DNA of 64,000 nt from an uncultured Clostridia bacterium (GTDB taxonomy: Bacteria; Bacillota; Clostridia; Christensenellales; UBA1242): assembly GCA_934747385.1 (NCBI GenBank), contig CAKVGK010000002.1:66436-130435 (forward strand). The letters are read 5' to 3'. Of this stretch, positions 27,544 through 37,696 are shown piece after piece. The position numbers were made by a program, and so were the translations under genes. The number at the start of each line of letters is the position of its first letter. The first letter of the stretch is position 1. The notes beneath the pieces were generated by a model, which worked only from the letters and a program-made list of their open reading frames with translations, did no database searches and was not told the DNA's origin.

Positions 27544-28719
27544 ATGAAAGCAGAGACCAAGGAAGAATTTATAAAAAAAGTTTGCAACAAAATTAAATTT
27601 CCACAAACGATAACAAATCAGTGGATTGACAAAATGTTTGACGAATGGCAAAATGCACAAAATCAATGGGATTGCGATTGGGAAATGATTTGGCGCTGGG
27701 GTTTTTGTTATAAAGATATGAGCAAATTTGATTTATCGCAATTGGACACAAAACATTTGTCAATGCTCACTTTTAATTCTTCCACAATTTGGCCAGAAAG
27801 CAAACATATGCCAAAAGGTTTTAACCCATCAAAAATTTTGCAAAACGGCAAAAACCCAATGTTGGGCATAAAGGATTTGCACAGTCAAGGTATAACAGGC
27901 AAAGGTGTTGCGGTTGCTTGCATAGACAATGGCTTTCAAGGCAAAAATCACATTGAATTTAAAAATGCAAAAATTAATGTTAAAGATTTTGCAAATGATG
28001 AAGCACATTTTCACAGTGAGTGTGCGTTGGCAAACCTTTTGGGCAAAAATATTGGTGTTGCGCCAGATGTTGAGTGTTATTTTTATTCTATTGACCAAGA
28101 AAATTTGTCAGATATAGCCGACCAAATTGTTGCCGCATTTGACGACATCATCAACAAAATTAATTCGGGCATCAAAATCAAGGCAGTTAGCCGCAGTGGG
28201 CCAATCTTTTACGAAAACATAAACGACAAGCAAATTTTGGAAATTTATGGCAGTGTTGAAGCCTATCAAAAAATAAAAAACCGCATAAACAAACTTGAAA
28301 AACTTGGTTGCGCTGTTGTTGACTCTGGTATTTTTGGCAAAACATTCAACTGCTGCGATTTAAAAATTTTTAAAAAGGGCAGTGAGGCGGACAATATAGA
28401 TTTTTCATCTTGGCAACTTTCGCATTTAGATTTGGCAAAAACTTTGGTTTCTTTTGTTTGCGCTGGCAAAGTTGTGCCAGAGTTTTGCAGCAACGATGGT
28501 TACAAATTTGAACAGGTCAGTTGTTATTCTTGGACAATCCCACAAGCAATTGGAATGTATGCCTTGTGCTTGCAAGTTGAGCCAAATTTAACTTGGCAGG
28601 CTTTCACACAACTGGCTCAGCAAACTGCCAAAACAAACAAAAATGGTGTAAAATTGGCAAACCCAAAGGAAATGATTAAACAAGTTGACCTGCAAAAAGA
28701 AAATTTAATAAATCAATAA
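27544..28719 (+). CDS. Divergent subtilase (peptidase S8)-like protein without signal peptide
   Basis: Asp block GKGVAVACIDNG, His block HFHSECALANLLG..GVAPD, Ser block SCYSWTIPQAIG (compare GTSMAxPxVxG). Trp-rich ~100-aa N-terminal region. Confidence 0.5.
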   Translation: MKAETKEEFIKKVCNKIKFPQTITNQWIDKMFDEWQNAQNQWDCDWEMIWRWGFCYKDMSKFDLSQLDTKHLSMLTFNSSTIWPESKHMPKGFNPSKILQNGKNPMLGIKDLHSQGITGKGVAVACIDNGFQGKNHIEFKNAKINVKDFANDEAHFHSECALANLLGKNIGVAPDVECYFYSIDQENLSDIADQIVAAFDDIINKINSGIKIKAVSRSGPIFYENINDKQILEIYGSVEAYQKIKNRINKLEKLGCAVVDSGIFGKTFNCCDLKIFKKGSEADNIDFSSWQLSHLDLAKTLVSFVCAGKVVPEFCSNDGYKFEQVSCYSWTIPQAIGMYALCLQVEPNLTWQAFTQLAQQTAKTNKNGVKLANPKEMIKQVDLQKENLINQ

Positions 28720-28861
28720 ACACAATAAAGCAAGTGTAAAATTTTCATTTGCTTTTTTTGTTTCACTCAAACGATTAAATAAAAACTCAAATTTGAGTTT
28801 AAATTTAATATTTTGGGTAAAAATTAATTTTTAATTTGTGTAAAAAATTGGTTAAAATCTA

Positions 28862-28890
28862 TTGACATAACTTGTTTATTGTGTTAAAAT
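28862..28890 (+). promoter_or_regulatory. Sigma-A-type promoter upstream of rpoB
   Basis: TTGACA, 17 nt, TAAAAT. Gives a leader of about 90 nt containing hairpins (aggtg..cacct). Confidence 0.6.
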
Positions 28891-28983
28891 CGCTCAGTAT
28901 GAATAAATCTCGCTAGGTGTGGTGCGCACCTTTATACATAGTATAAACTTTGGCGAGTAAACAACTGAATAAGGAGTTAATGG

Positions 28984-31900
28984 ATGAATTCAAACACACT
29001 GAACATCAAAAAACTAAAACAAGGCAAGGCTGAACGTATGAGTTTTGCCAAAAAGGACGTCCCTTATGTTATGCCAGATTTGCTTAGCATTGCAAAAGAG
29101 AGTTATGAAAAATTCTTAAATGAGGGCATTGGTGAAGTGTTGAACGAATACAACCCAATCATAGACTACTCGAACAAAGCCGAGTTGTCTTTTTTAGGTT
29201 ATTCTATCGACCGCACACCAAAATACTCTTGGAACGAATGTAAAGTTAAACAAATGAGTTACACTGTGCCTCTTAAAGTTAACGTTCGTTTGCTGGTTAA
29301 GGAAACTGGTCAAATTATGGACCAAGAAGTTTTCATGGGCGACATTCCTTACATGAGCAAAGACGCTGGCTTTATTTGCAATGGTGTTGAAAGGGTAGTG
29401 CTTAACCAATTGATTAAGTCACCTGGCGTTGTGTTTGGTGGTGAAGTCAACAAATATGGTCGTATGGACTATAATGGAGCAATTCAACCAAGTTATGGCA
29501 TGTGGGTTCAAACAGAGCAAGTAACAGGCGACACATTGCGTGTTATTGTTGAACGTAAATTCAAAATGAGCGCAGGCGTTTTGCTTAAATGTTTTGGCTA
29601 CACCAACGAAGAATTGCTTGAAATTTATGGTCATCACCCATTCATTGTTAACACTCTTGAAAAAGAACCTCAAATCACTCAAGAAGATGCTCTTATCGAG
29701 TTTGGCAGACGCACCCGTCCAGGTGAAATTCCAAACCCAGATAACACTTTGAGTTATATTAACGACCGTTTCTTCAATCAACAACACTATAATCTTGAAA
29801 AAGTTGGTCGTTTCAAAATAAACAAAAAATTGTCAGTTGCAAATCGTATTACTGACCAAATTGCAGCAGCAGACGTTAAACTTGGCAAAAAAGTTTTTGT
29901 AAGCCAAGGTGAATATATTGATCATGACACCGCTGTGGCAATCCAAAATGCAGGTATTAACTCAGTTGACGTTTTGGTTGGGGACAAAGTTGTGCGTGTT
30001 GTTGGTAACCAACGTGTTGACCTTAAAGCATATGCAAAACTTGACCCAGCTGAATTTGGCATAACTGAACTTGTGTATCTTCCTTTGCTTCAAGAAATTA
30101 TGAAAACAAACAAAGGTGACGAAGAAGGTTTGAAAGCAGCAATCAAAGCTAACGCTCACAAACTTGAAGACTTCCAAGTAACATTGGACGATATGATTGC
30201 AACAATCAGTTATCACTTGAACCTTATTGATGGTTTAGGCGAAACAGACGAAATTGATAACTTGTCAATGCGTCGTGTTGCAACTTGTGGTGAATTGCTT
30301 AGGGACGAATTCCGTCGCGGTATGACAAAACTTCAAGCACAAGTGCGTGAAAGTTTGCAAAGTCGTGATTTAACAGACATTACTCCAAGCCAAATTGTCA
30401 ATGCTCGTCACATAAACAAGGCATTCAAAGAATTTATGGCAACAAGCCAACTTTCAGCTTTGATGGACCAAATCAACCCAGCTGCAAGTTTGAGGCATAA
30501 ACGTCGTTTAAGTTCATTCGGCCCAGGTGGTGTTAAAAAAGAACGTGCAACTGTTGAAGTGCGTGATATTAATCCAAGCCATTATGGTCGTATCTGTCTT
30601 GTTGAAACACCAGAAGGTCAACCTATTGGTTTGATGACTTCAATCGCTTCTTACGCGCGTATTAATAGGTATGGCTTTATTGAAACTCCATTTAGAAAAG
30701 TTGACCCTAAAACAAGAAAGGTTACTGATGATATTATTTTCTTGATGGCAGATGAAGAACGCGGTCATTATATCGCTCCAGCAACAATTGATTTGAATGA
30801 AGATAAAACATTGAAACAAGGCATTTTTGAATGCCGCTTTAATGGTCAAGCAGAGCGCACTAACAGCGAAATGATTGACTTGGTGGAATTAAGTCCAAAA
30901 CAAAGTTTGTCTATTGTTGCAAACCTCATTCCATTTGTTGAACACAGCCCAGGTAACCGTGCGTTGATGGGTTGTAACATGCAATGTCAAGCAGTTCCTC
31001 TTATTCGTACAGAAAGCCCTATAGTGGGAACAGGCGTTGAACACAAAATTGCCGTTGACTCTGGTGCACTTATTCTTGCAGAGCAAGATGGTGTTTGTAA
31101 ATATGTTTCTGCAGACTATATCACAATGGAATATGCAGACGGCAGCATTGTAAATCACAAACTCCGTAAATTTGAACGTACAAACGAAAAAGCATGCTTC
31201 AATCAAAAGCCAATTGTAAAGAAAGGTGAAAAGGTTAAAACGGGCGACGTGCTTGCTGATGGCGCATCAACAGATAAAGGTGAAGTTGCACTTGGCAAGA
31301 ACATGACAGTTGCATTCATGAACTGGGAAGGTTATAACTTCGAAGATGCTATCTTGATTAACCAACGTATAGTTCGTGAAGATGCTTACACTTCAATTAG
31401 CATTCAACAAGTTAAAACAGAGGCTAGAACAACCAAACTTGGCGATGAAGAAATCACTCGTGATATTGCTGGTGTAGGTGAAGAAGCTTTGAAGAACTTG
31501 GACGAGAATGGTATCGTTCGTATAGGTACAGAAGTTCGCCCAGGCGATATATTGGTTGGTAAAGTGACCCCTAAAGGTGAAACAGACTTGACCCCAGAAG
31601 AAAGATTGTTGAAAGCAATCTTTGGTGAGAAAACAAAAGAAGTTAAAAACACCTCTTTAAAAGTTAAACACGGCGAAGAAGGTGTGGTTGTTGGCATAGA
31701 AATCTTATCTCGCAAAAACAAAGACGAACTTGACGCAGGCGTTAACATGTGTGTTAAAGTTTACATTGCACAAAAACGTGTGCTTCAAGTGGGCGATAAA
31801 CTTGCCGGTCGTTATGGTAATAAAGGCGTTGTGTCAGTTGTTCTTCCAGAATGTGACATGCCTTACATGCCAAACGGCGAAACAGTTGATATTGTGCTTA

Positions 31901-32658
31901 ACCCATTGGGTATTCCATCTCGTATGAACTTGAGCCAATTGCTTGAAGTTCACTTAGGCTGGGCTGCAAAACACCTTGATTGGAAAGTTGCAACTCCTGC
32001 ATTCGATGGCGCAAGCGAAGAAGATATCAAAGCATTGCTTCGTGAAAACAATTTGCCAGAAGACGGCAAAACTCAGTTGTATGACGGACGCACAGGATTG
32101 CCATTTGAAAACAAAACAACAGTTGGTGTTATGTATATGTTAAAACTCGACCACATGGTTGACGATAAAATCCACGCTCGTGGCATTGGCACATATGCAC
32201 TCATCACTCAACAACCTCTTGGCGGACGTAGCCAACTTGGTGGCCAACGTTTTGGTGAAATGGAAGTTTGGGCATTGGAAGCATATGGCGCATCAAGATT
32301 GTTGCAGGAAATGCTTACAATTAAATCCGATGACGTAGAAGGTCGTATTAAAACATACGAAGCAATTGTTAAAGGTGAACCAATCCCAGAACCTGGCATG
32401 CCAGAATCATTCAAAGTTTTGGTTAAAGAAATGCAAGGTTTGTGCTTAGACGTTAGGATTTTAACCGCTGATAATCATGAACTTACAATCAACGAGGTTA
32501 GTGAAGAAGGCGAAGAAGTTAGTGCAGTTGAACCAGTTAATAAACAAGCCCTTGAAGATATTACTCTTGAATTTGACGATATTCAAAAGGACTATGAAAA
32601 TGACGTTAATTCTACTGCTTTTGACGAGTCTGAATTGTTTGATGATCTGGACGAATAA
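28984..32658 (+). CDS. rpoB: DNA-directed RNA polymerase subunit beta
   Basis: 1224 aa with unmistakable RpoB blocks (GRYGNKGVVS, MNVGQ-type region, FGEMEVWALEAYGA). Acidic C-terminal tail. Confidence 0.98.
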   Translation: MNSNTLNIKKLKQGKAERMSFAKKDVPYVMPDLLSIAKESYEKFLNEGIGEVLNEYNPIIDYSNKAELSFLGYSIDRTPKYSWNECKVKQMSYTVPLKVNVRLLVKETGQIMDQEVFMGDIPYMSKDAGFICNGVERVVLNQLIKSPGVVFGGEVNKYGRMDYNGAIQPSYGMWVQTEQVTGDTLRVIVERKFKMSAGVLLKCFGYTNEELLEIYGHHPFIVNTLEKEPQITQEDALIEFGRRTRPGEIPNPDNTLSYINDRFFNQQHYNLEKVGRFKINKKLSVANRITDQIAAADVKLGKKVFVSQGEYIDHDTAVAIQNAGINSVDVLVGDKVVRVVGNQRVDLKAYAKLDPAEFGITELVYLPLLQEIMKTNKGDEEGLKAAIKANAHKLEDFQVTLDDMIATISYHLNLIDGLGETDEIDNLSMRRVATCGELLRDEFRRGMTKLQAQVRESLQSRDLTDITPSQIVNARHINKAFKEFMATSQLSALMDQINPAASLRHKRRLSSFGPGGVKKERATVEVRDINPSHYGRICLVETPEGQPIGLMTSIASYARINRYGFIETPFRKVDPKTRKVTDDIIFLMADEERGHYIAPATIDLNEDKTLKQGIFECRFNGQAERTNSEMIDLVELSPKQSLSIVANLIPFVEHSPGNRALMGCNMQCQAVPLIRTESPIVGTGVEHKIAVDSGALILAEQDGVCKYVSADYITMEYADGSIVNHKLRKFERTNEKACFNQKPIVKKGEKVKTGDVLADGASTDKGEVALGKNMTVAFMNWEGYNFEDAILINQRIVREDAYTSISIQQVKTEARTTKLGDEEITRDIAGVGEEALKNLDENGIVRIGTEVRPGDILVGKVTPKGETDLTPEERLLKAIFGEKTKEVKNTSLKVKHGEEGVVVGIEILSRKNKDELDAGVNMCVKVYIAQKRVLQVGDKLAGRYGNKGVVSVVLPECDMPYMPNGETVDIVLNPLGIPSRMNLSQLLEVHLGWAAKHLDWKVATPAFDGASEEDIKALLRENNLPEDGKTQLYDGRTGLPFENKTTVGVMYMLKLDHMVDDKIHARGIGTYALITQQPLGGRSQLGGQRFGEMEVWALEAYGASRLLQEMLTIKSDDVEGRIKTYEAIVKGEPIPEPGMPESFKVLVKEMQGLCLDVRILTADNHELTINEVSEEGEEVSAVEPVNKQALEDITLEFDDIQKDYENDVNSTAFDESELFDDLDE

Positions 32659-32682
32659 TAATCCAAATCAATTCAGCGAGTT

Positions 32683-32705
32683 CAGAGTTTTGCAATAAAA
32701 CTCTG
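32683..32705 (+). other. Perfect 9-bp hairpin 25 nt after the rpoB stop (no U tract)
   Basis: cagagtttt-gcaat-aaaactctg. Confidence 0.6.
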
Positions 32706-32781
32706 TCGAAATGAATTGTTTGATGGTATTACGAATAAAGATCTTAATTAACAATGAGATTAGATAATTAAGGAGTGAACA

Positions 32782-32997
32782 ATGGAACAAAATAGTTCAA
32801 ATTTAGTTACTTTAAACCTTTCAAAGTGTGACTACATGCTTTTGTTGGACAACAACAAAAACGAGTACGCTTCATATCAAGGAACAAAGGTTGAATATAA
32901 AATTTGGTGCAACATTATGAAGTGCCTAAAAAAATTGAAAAGTCACAGCAATAAATATGCTCTATCCGCGCAGGAAGAGGCTGTGCTTTTGGACTAA
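32782..32997 (+). CDS. Hypothetical 71-aa protein encoded between rpoB and rpoC
   Basis: Good SD (taaggag, 7 nt before the ATG). No recognisable family. No TM segment. Confidence 0.4.
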   Translation: MEQNSSNLVTLNLSKCDYMLLLDNNKNEYASYQGTKVEYKIWCNIMKCLKKLKSHSNKYALSAQEEAVLLD

Positions 32998-33043
32998 ATT
33001 GAATTATTTTGTCCATTTAAAATATTAGTAGGAGAAAAAATAG

Positions 33044-36000
33044 ATGTTTGAATTAAACAATTTCGACTCAATTAGAGTGGCTATCGCTTCACCAGAAATG
33101 ATAAGGTCATGGTCACGTGGCGAAGTTACAAAACCAGAAACAATCAATTATCGTACACAAAAGCCTGAAAAAGATGGCCTTTTCTGTGAACGCATTTTTG
33201 GACCTAAAAAGGACTGGGAATGTCATTGCGGTAAGTACAAACGCGTTCGTTACAAAGGTGTTGTTTGTGATAAATGTGGCGTTGAAGTAACTCGCAGCAA
33301 GGTTCGTCGTGAACGTATGGGTCACATTGAACTTGCTTGCCCAGTTAGCCATATTTGGTTTTTCAAAGGTGTTCCAAGCCGTATTGGTATAACACTTGAC
33401 ATGAGCCCAAAACTTTTGGACGAAGTTTTGTACTATGTAAGTTATGTTGTTCTTGACCCTAAAAACACAGAGTTTGCTTACAAACAGGTTATTAGAGATA
33501 AAGAATATCGCGACGCAGTTGAAAAATATGGTCCAAATGGTTTCCGCGCTGGTATGGGCGCTGAGGCAATTAAGGAATTATTGAACAATATTGACCTTGA
33601 AAAAGAGCGTGAAGAGCTTACTCAAATCATGCACACAACAAAAGGTCAACGCAAACTTAAAGCAACCAAAAAATTGGAAGTTATTGAAGCGTTTATCAAG
33701 TCTGGCAACAAACCAAGTTGGATGATATTGGACGTTATTCCAGTTATTCCACCAGATTTGCGCCCATTGGTTCAAATTGATGGTGGCAAATTTGCAGCAA
33801 GTGACTTGAACGACTTATATCGTCGTGTTATTAACCGTAACAACCGCTTGAAAAAGTTGATTGAACTCGGTGCACCTGAAATCATTGTGCGCAACGAAAA
33901 ACGTATGTTGCAAGAAGCAGTTGACGCATTGTTTGATAACGGCAAACGCGGCAGAGCAGTGCAAGGCAGCCGTCAAAGAGATTTGAAATCTTTAACCGCA
34001 AGTTTGAAAGGTAAGCATGGTCGTTTCCGTCAAAATTTGCTCGGTAAACGTGTTGACTATTCTGGCCGTTCAGTTATCGTTGTTGGCCCAGAACTTAAAA
34101 TTTATCAATGCGGTTTGCCAAAAATGATGGCTCTTGAATTATTCCGTCCTTTCATCATCAAGCGTTTGCTTGAAATGAATGCAACAAACAACCTCAAAAA
34201 AGCAACTCGTATGATTGACCAAGAACGTCCAATCGTTTATGATATTTTGCAAGAAGTTGTTCAAGGTCATCCAGTTCTTTTGAACCGTGCACCAACACTT
34301 CACAAGTTGTCAGTTCAAGCATTTGAACCAATTCTTGTAGAAGGTAAAGCAATCCGACTTCCTCCTTTGGCGTGCGGTGGCTTTAACGCCGACTTCGATG
34401 GTGACCAAATGAGTATGCACGTTCCACTTTCAGTGGAAGCAAGAACAGAAGCCCGTATGTTGTTGTTGGCTTCAAACAACGTTTTAAAACCAAGTGACGG
34501 CAGCCCTAACATGGTTCCAAGCCAAGATATGATTTTGGGTAACTACTATTTGACTGTTGTTCGCGATGGTGCATTGGGTGAGGGCATGACATTTGCCAGT
34601 GAAGAAGAAGCACAACTTGCTCACGAAAACGGCAAATTGAGTTTACAAGCAAAAATAAAATTGCGTCGTTCTGTTGAATTCAATGGCGAAATCGTAACAG
34701 GTCGCATTGAAACAACACTTGGTAAAATCATTTTCAACAGCATTATTCCACAAGACCTTGGCTTTGTTAAACGTGACACTAAAGAAAATGCTCTTCGTTT
34801 TGAAATTGAAGAAGACGTTAAAAAAGGTACTTATGGCAAATTGATTGAAACATGTTATCGCAAACATGGCACGAACACAACAGTAACCATGATTGATAAC
34901 ATTAAAAACATGGGCTACAAATATAGTACATTATCAAGCGTTTCACTTTCAATTTTCGATTTGCGCGAAGCAGACGAACGTCAACAAATCATTGACGAAG
35001 CCAACAAACAAGTTGCAGCAAACGACGATTTGTATATGCAAGGTTTGATGAGTTATGCTGACAAATATAGCAAGAATATGGCAGTTTGGGATAAAACAGT
35101 TAACGATGTAATTAAAGTTACTTCAAACGAACTTGACAAATTTAATTCAATTAAAGTTATCATCACATCAAAAGCACGTGGTGGTGAAGACACATTAAAA
35201 CAACTTTGCGGTGTTATGGGTAACACAGCGGTTGCTTCTGGTTCAGTTAGTGACGTGCCTGTTAAATCTAACTATCGTCGCGGATTGAACCCTCTTGAAT
35301 ATTACATGGCTGCCCGTGGTAGTCGTAAACAATTGATGGATACTGCGCTTAAAACTGCTGACTCTGGTTACTTAACACGTCGTTTGGTTGATATCGCTCA
35401 AGACACAACTATCACAGAAGAAGATTGTTTCGCAAATCTTGGTGAAGCTGTTAAGGGTATTGACGTAACAGAAATCACTCAAAACGGCACAGTTGTTGAA
35501 ACTCTTGAGGCTCGTATTGTTGGTCGTTACACAGCAATGCCAGTTATTGACCCTAAAACAAAGAAAGAAATTGTTGGTGCAGATTGCTACATTGGCGACG
35601 ATCTTGCAAAAGTTATTGTTAATGCCGGTGTTACAAAAGTTAACATTCGCAGTTTGCTTACATGTAAGGCTGCAAACGGCGTTTGCGCAAAATGCTATGG
35701 CCGTGACATGTCCACAAATGACCTTGTTCATATTGGTGAAGCGGTGGGTGTAATCGCTGCTCAATCAATCGGTGAACCAGGTACACAGTTGGTGCTTCGT
35801 ACTTTCCACAGCGGTGGTACTGCATCTAACGATATTACCTCAGGTTTGCCTCGTGTTGAAGAAATTTTCGAAGCACGTAACCCTAAAGGTGCTGCTGTTA
35901 TCAGCGATATTGGTGGTAAAGTTAGCATCAATCAAATTGACAAACGCTTTGAAGTTGTTGTTAAAGGTCAAACAGAAGAAAGTTATATTCTCCCATTCGG

Positions 36001-36616
36001 CTCAACAATCAAAGTTAAACAAGGTGAAGTTATCACTCCAGGTACAGCACTTACAGAAGGTCCTTTGAACCCTAAAGACGTGCTTCGTACTCGTGGTGTT
36101 AAGGCCGTTCAAGAATATTTGCTTAACGAAGTTCTTGAAGTGTACAAATCTCAATCTGTTGCAATCAACGCAAAACACTTGGAGATTATCATTCGTCAAA
36201 TGCTTCGTAAAGTTAAAATTGAAAACGCAGGTGACACAGATTTGTTACCAGGCGACACAGTTGATATTCGTATTTACGAACAAGCCAACCAAAAAGCTTT
36301 GGCTGAAGGTGGTGTTCCTGCAACTGCTAAGCGTGAACTTCAAGGTATCACAAAAGCAAGTTTAACAACTGAAAGTTTCTTGTCTGCTGCATCCTTCCAG
36401 GAATCAAGCAATGTGTTAACTGAAGCCGCATTGAAGGGTAAAGTTGACCACTTGCAAGGTTTGAAAGAAAATATCATTATTGGTAAAATGATTCCAGCAG
36501 GTACTGGTGCTCCAGCGTACCGCAACATTCTTCCAAAACAAGTTAAAGAAGATAGTTTGAACTTCACAAACGACAATGTTGATATGAAATTCGACGACAT
36601 TGACGATGAGGAATAA
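33044..36616 (+). CDS. rpoC: DNA-directed RNA polymerase subunit beta'
   Basis: 1190 aa. Zinc motif [20 protein letters not shown] and catalytic NADFDGDQM. Confidence 0.98.
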   Translation: MFELNNFDSIRVAIASPEMIRSWSRGEVTKPETINYRTQKPEKDGLFCERIFGPKKDWECHCGKYKRVRYKGVVCDKCGVEVTRSKVRRERMGHIELACPVSHIWFFKGVPSRIGITLDMSPKLLDEVLYYVSYVVLDPKNTEFAYKQVIRDKEYRDAVEKYGPNGFRAGMGAEAIKELLNNIDLEKEREELTQIMHTTKGQRKLKATKKLEVIEAFIKSGNKPSWMILDVIPVIPPDLRPLVQIDGGKFAASDLNDLYRRVINRNNRLKKLIELGAPEIIVRNEKRMLQEAVDALFDNGKRGRAVQGSRQRDLKSLTASLKGKHGRFRQNLLGKRVDYSGRSVIVVGPELKIYQCGLPKMMALELFRPFIIKRLLEMNATNNLKKATRMIDQERPIVYDILQEVVQGHPVLLNRAPTLHKLSVQAFEPILVEGKAIRLPPLACGGFNADFDGDQMSMHVPLSVEARTEARMLLLASNNVLKPSDGSPNMVPSQDMILGNYYLTVVRDGALGEGMTFASEEEAQLAHENGKLSLQAKIKLRRSVEFNGEIVTGRIETTLGKIIFNSIIPQDLGFVKRDTKENALRFEIEEDVKKGTYGKLIETCYRKHGTNTTVTMIDNIKNMGYKYSTLSSVSLSIFDLREADERQQIIDEANKQVAANDDLYMQGLMSYADKYSKNMAVWDKTVNDVIKVTSNELDKFNSIKVIITSKARGGEDTLKQLCGVMGNTAVASGSVSDVPVKSNYRRGLNPLEYYMAARGSRKQLMDTALKTADSGYLTRRLVDIAQDTTITEEDCFANLGEAVKGIDVTEITQNGTVVETLEARIVGRYTAMPVIDPKTKKEIVGADCYIGDDLAKVIVNAGVTKVNIRSLLTCKAANGVCAKCYGRDMSTNDLVHIGEAVGVIAAQSIGEPGTQLVLRTFHSGGTASNDITSGLPRVEEIFEARNPKGAAVISDIGGKVSINQIDKRFEVVVKGQTEESYILPFGSTIKVKQGEVITPGTALTEGPLNPKDVLRTRGVKAVQEYLLNEVLEVYKSQSVAINAKHLEIIIRQMLRKVKIENAGDTDLLPGDTVDIRIYEQANQKALAEGGVPATAKRELQGITKASLTTESFLSAASFQESSNVLTEAALKGKVDHLQGLKENIIIGKMIPAGTGAPAYRNILPKQVKEDSLNFTNDNVDMKFDDIDDEE

Positions 36617-36640
36617 TTTGATTTTAAAAGAATTTCATGC

Positions 36641-36670
36641 AAAAGGTGACTCAAAAGAGTTGCCTTTTTT
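36641..36670 (+). terminator. Intrinsic terminator 1 after rpoC
   Basis: aaaaggtgactc-aaaa-gagttgcctttttt (12-bp stem including 2 G-U pairs). Confidence 0.75.
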
Positions 36671-36720
36671 ATTAATTTTGACGATATCTAAGTAGAAGAT
36701 TAATAAAACTTAAAAATTTA

Positions 36721-36750
36721 AAAGGGCAACTTTCAAGAGTTGCCTTTTTT
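36721..36750 (+). terminator. Intrinsic terminator 2 after rpoC (shares agagttgcctttttt with terminator 1)
   Basis: aaagggcaact-ttcaag-agttgcctttttt. Confidence 0.75.
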
Positions 36751-37043
36751 GTTATACCGAGAGGCACACGAATGTATCTTTATCCACATTGTCATTTTGA
36801 GCGTAGTCGAAGAATCTCACAACAAAAAGTCAAGCTGTTACGGAGCATAGAGATATTTCGACTCCGTTACACTCCGCTCAATAAGATAGTATTAAAACTT
36901 TCGCTTCTTTAACCAATAAATCTGAAAAAGTGACAATTGCGACATGGTAGTATGGTGGTTTCTACATTTAACGCCGAGAGTATCTTTTTCAATATAACTA
37001 AAATGTCATCCTAAGCGGAGCGTTAGCACAGTCGAAGGATCTC
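36751..37043. repeat. Cluster of five REP-like elements (GTCATYYTGAGCG...CGAAGRATCTC / ATACCGAG...CGARTGTATCT family)
   Basis: Units at 36751-36779 (+), 36791-36818 (+), 36850-36885 (-), 36972-36985 (+, partial) and 37005-37043 (+). All were read directly from the sequence. Confidence 0.65.
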
Positions 37044-37235
37044 TAAATCAAAATACAAGTTTATTTCTCAAATTTTAATTAGATTATAAAAAACTAATTT
37101 AATAAATTGTTAAATTTAAAACCAATTAAAATTAAAAAAATATTTAATTAATAAAATTCAAAAACCCAGCTAAAATACTATATTATAGGCAATTTAAGGG
37201 TTTTTAAAAATATTAAAAAATTTTGCCAAAAACTA

Positions 37236-37264
37236 TTTACAAATTAAATATTTTGTGATATTAT
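37236..37264 (+). promoter_or_regulatory. Sigma-A-type promoter for ORF 37293
   Basis: TTTACA, 17 nt (ending in TGa), TATTAT. Confidence 0.5.
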
Positions 37265-37292
37265 ATGGTCATAAATTAAAGGAGGCGTTGCT

Positions 37293-37541
37293 ATGATAAA
37301 CAAAAAAATTATTGAAAATGCCAAGCAACAGTTTAAAGCTGAAACTACAAAACTTGTTAATGAACTTACAAAAAAACGTGAGAAAACTGCCACTCCCAGT
37401 TCTCCATTAAAAGCAAAAGATATTATTGCAAAACAAAATGAATTTCGCAATTTAGTTGCAAAACGTGTTAAACAAATGTCAAAAAACCAAGAATATTTGA
37501 AATATTTGGGCCATGCTCAAGAAGATACTTTCACCGCTTAA
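37293..37541 (+). CDS. Hypothetical Lys-rich 82-aa protein
   Basis: SD aaaggagg. 15 Lys in 82 aa. Own terminator. No family recognised. Confidence 0.5.
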   Translation: MINKKIIENAKQQFKAETTKLVNELTKKREKTATPSSPLKAKDIIAKQNEFRNLVAKRVKQMSKNQEYLKYLGHAQEDTFTA

Positions 37542-37557
37542 CCACAGCGGTTTTTTC
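37533..37557 (+). terminator. Intrinsic terminator (overlaps the stop codon)
   Basis: accgct-taaccac-agcggt-tttttt. Confidence 0.7.
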
Positions 37558-37582
37558 TTTTTTAAAAAGTGCTCAAATTTGT

Positions 37583-37611
37583 TTTACTTAAAAAGAATTT
37601 TGTGCTATTAT
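37583..37611 (+). promoter_or_regulatory. Sigma-A-type promoter for the HicB-like bicistron
   Basis: TTTACT, 17 nt, TGc-TATTAT (extended -10). Confidence 0.5.
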
Positions 37612-37696
37612 AAATTATAATCATTTTAATATGGGAATTTTTGCGCGCAAAATCTAACGCAAAGTATGTCACAATTTGTTTAACAAAGGGGAAGAT

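Noticed and set aside
36780-36788. Perfect DnaA box TTATCCACA.
   Set aside because: It is a single isolated 9-mer, and about 0.5 occurrences are expected by chance in 2 x 64 kb. It has no cluster, no adjacent AT-rich unwinding element and no dnaA/dnaN gene nearby. It lies inside a REP-like cluster.
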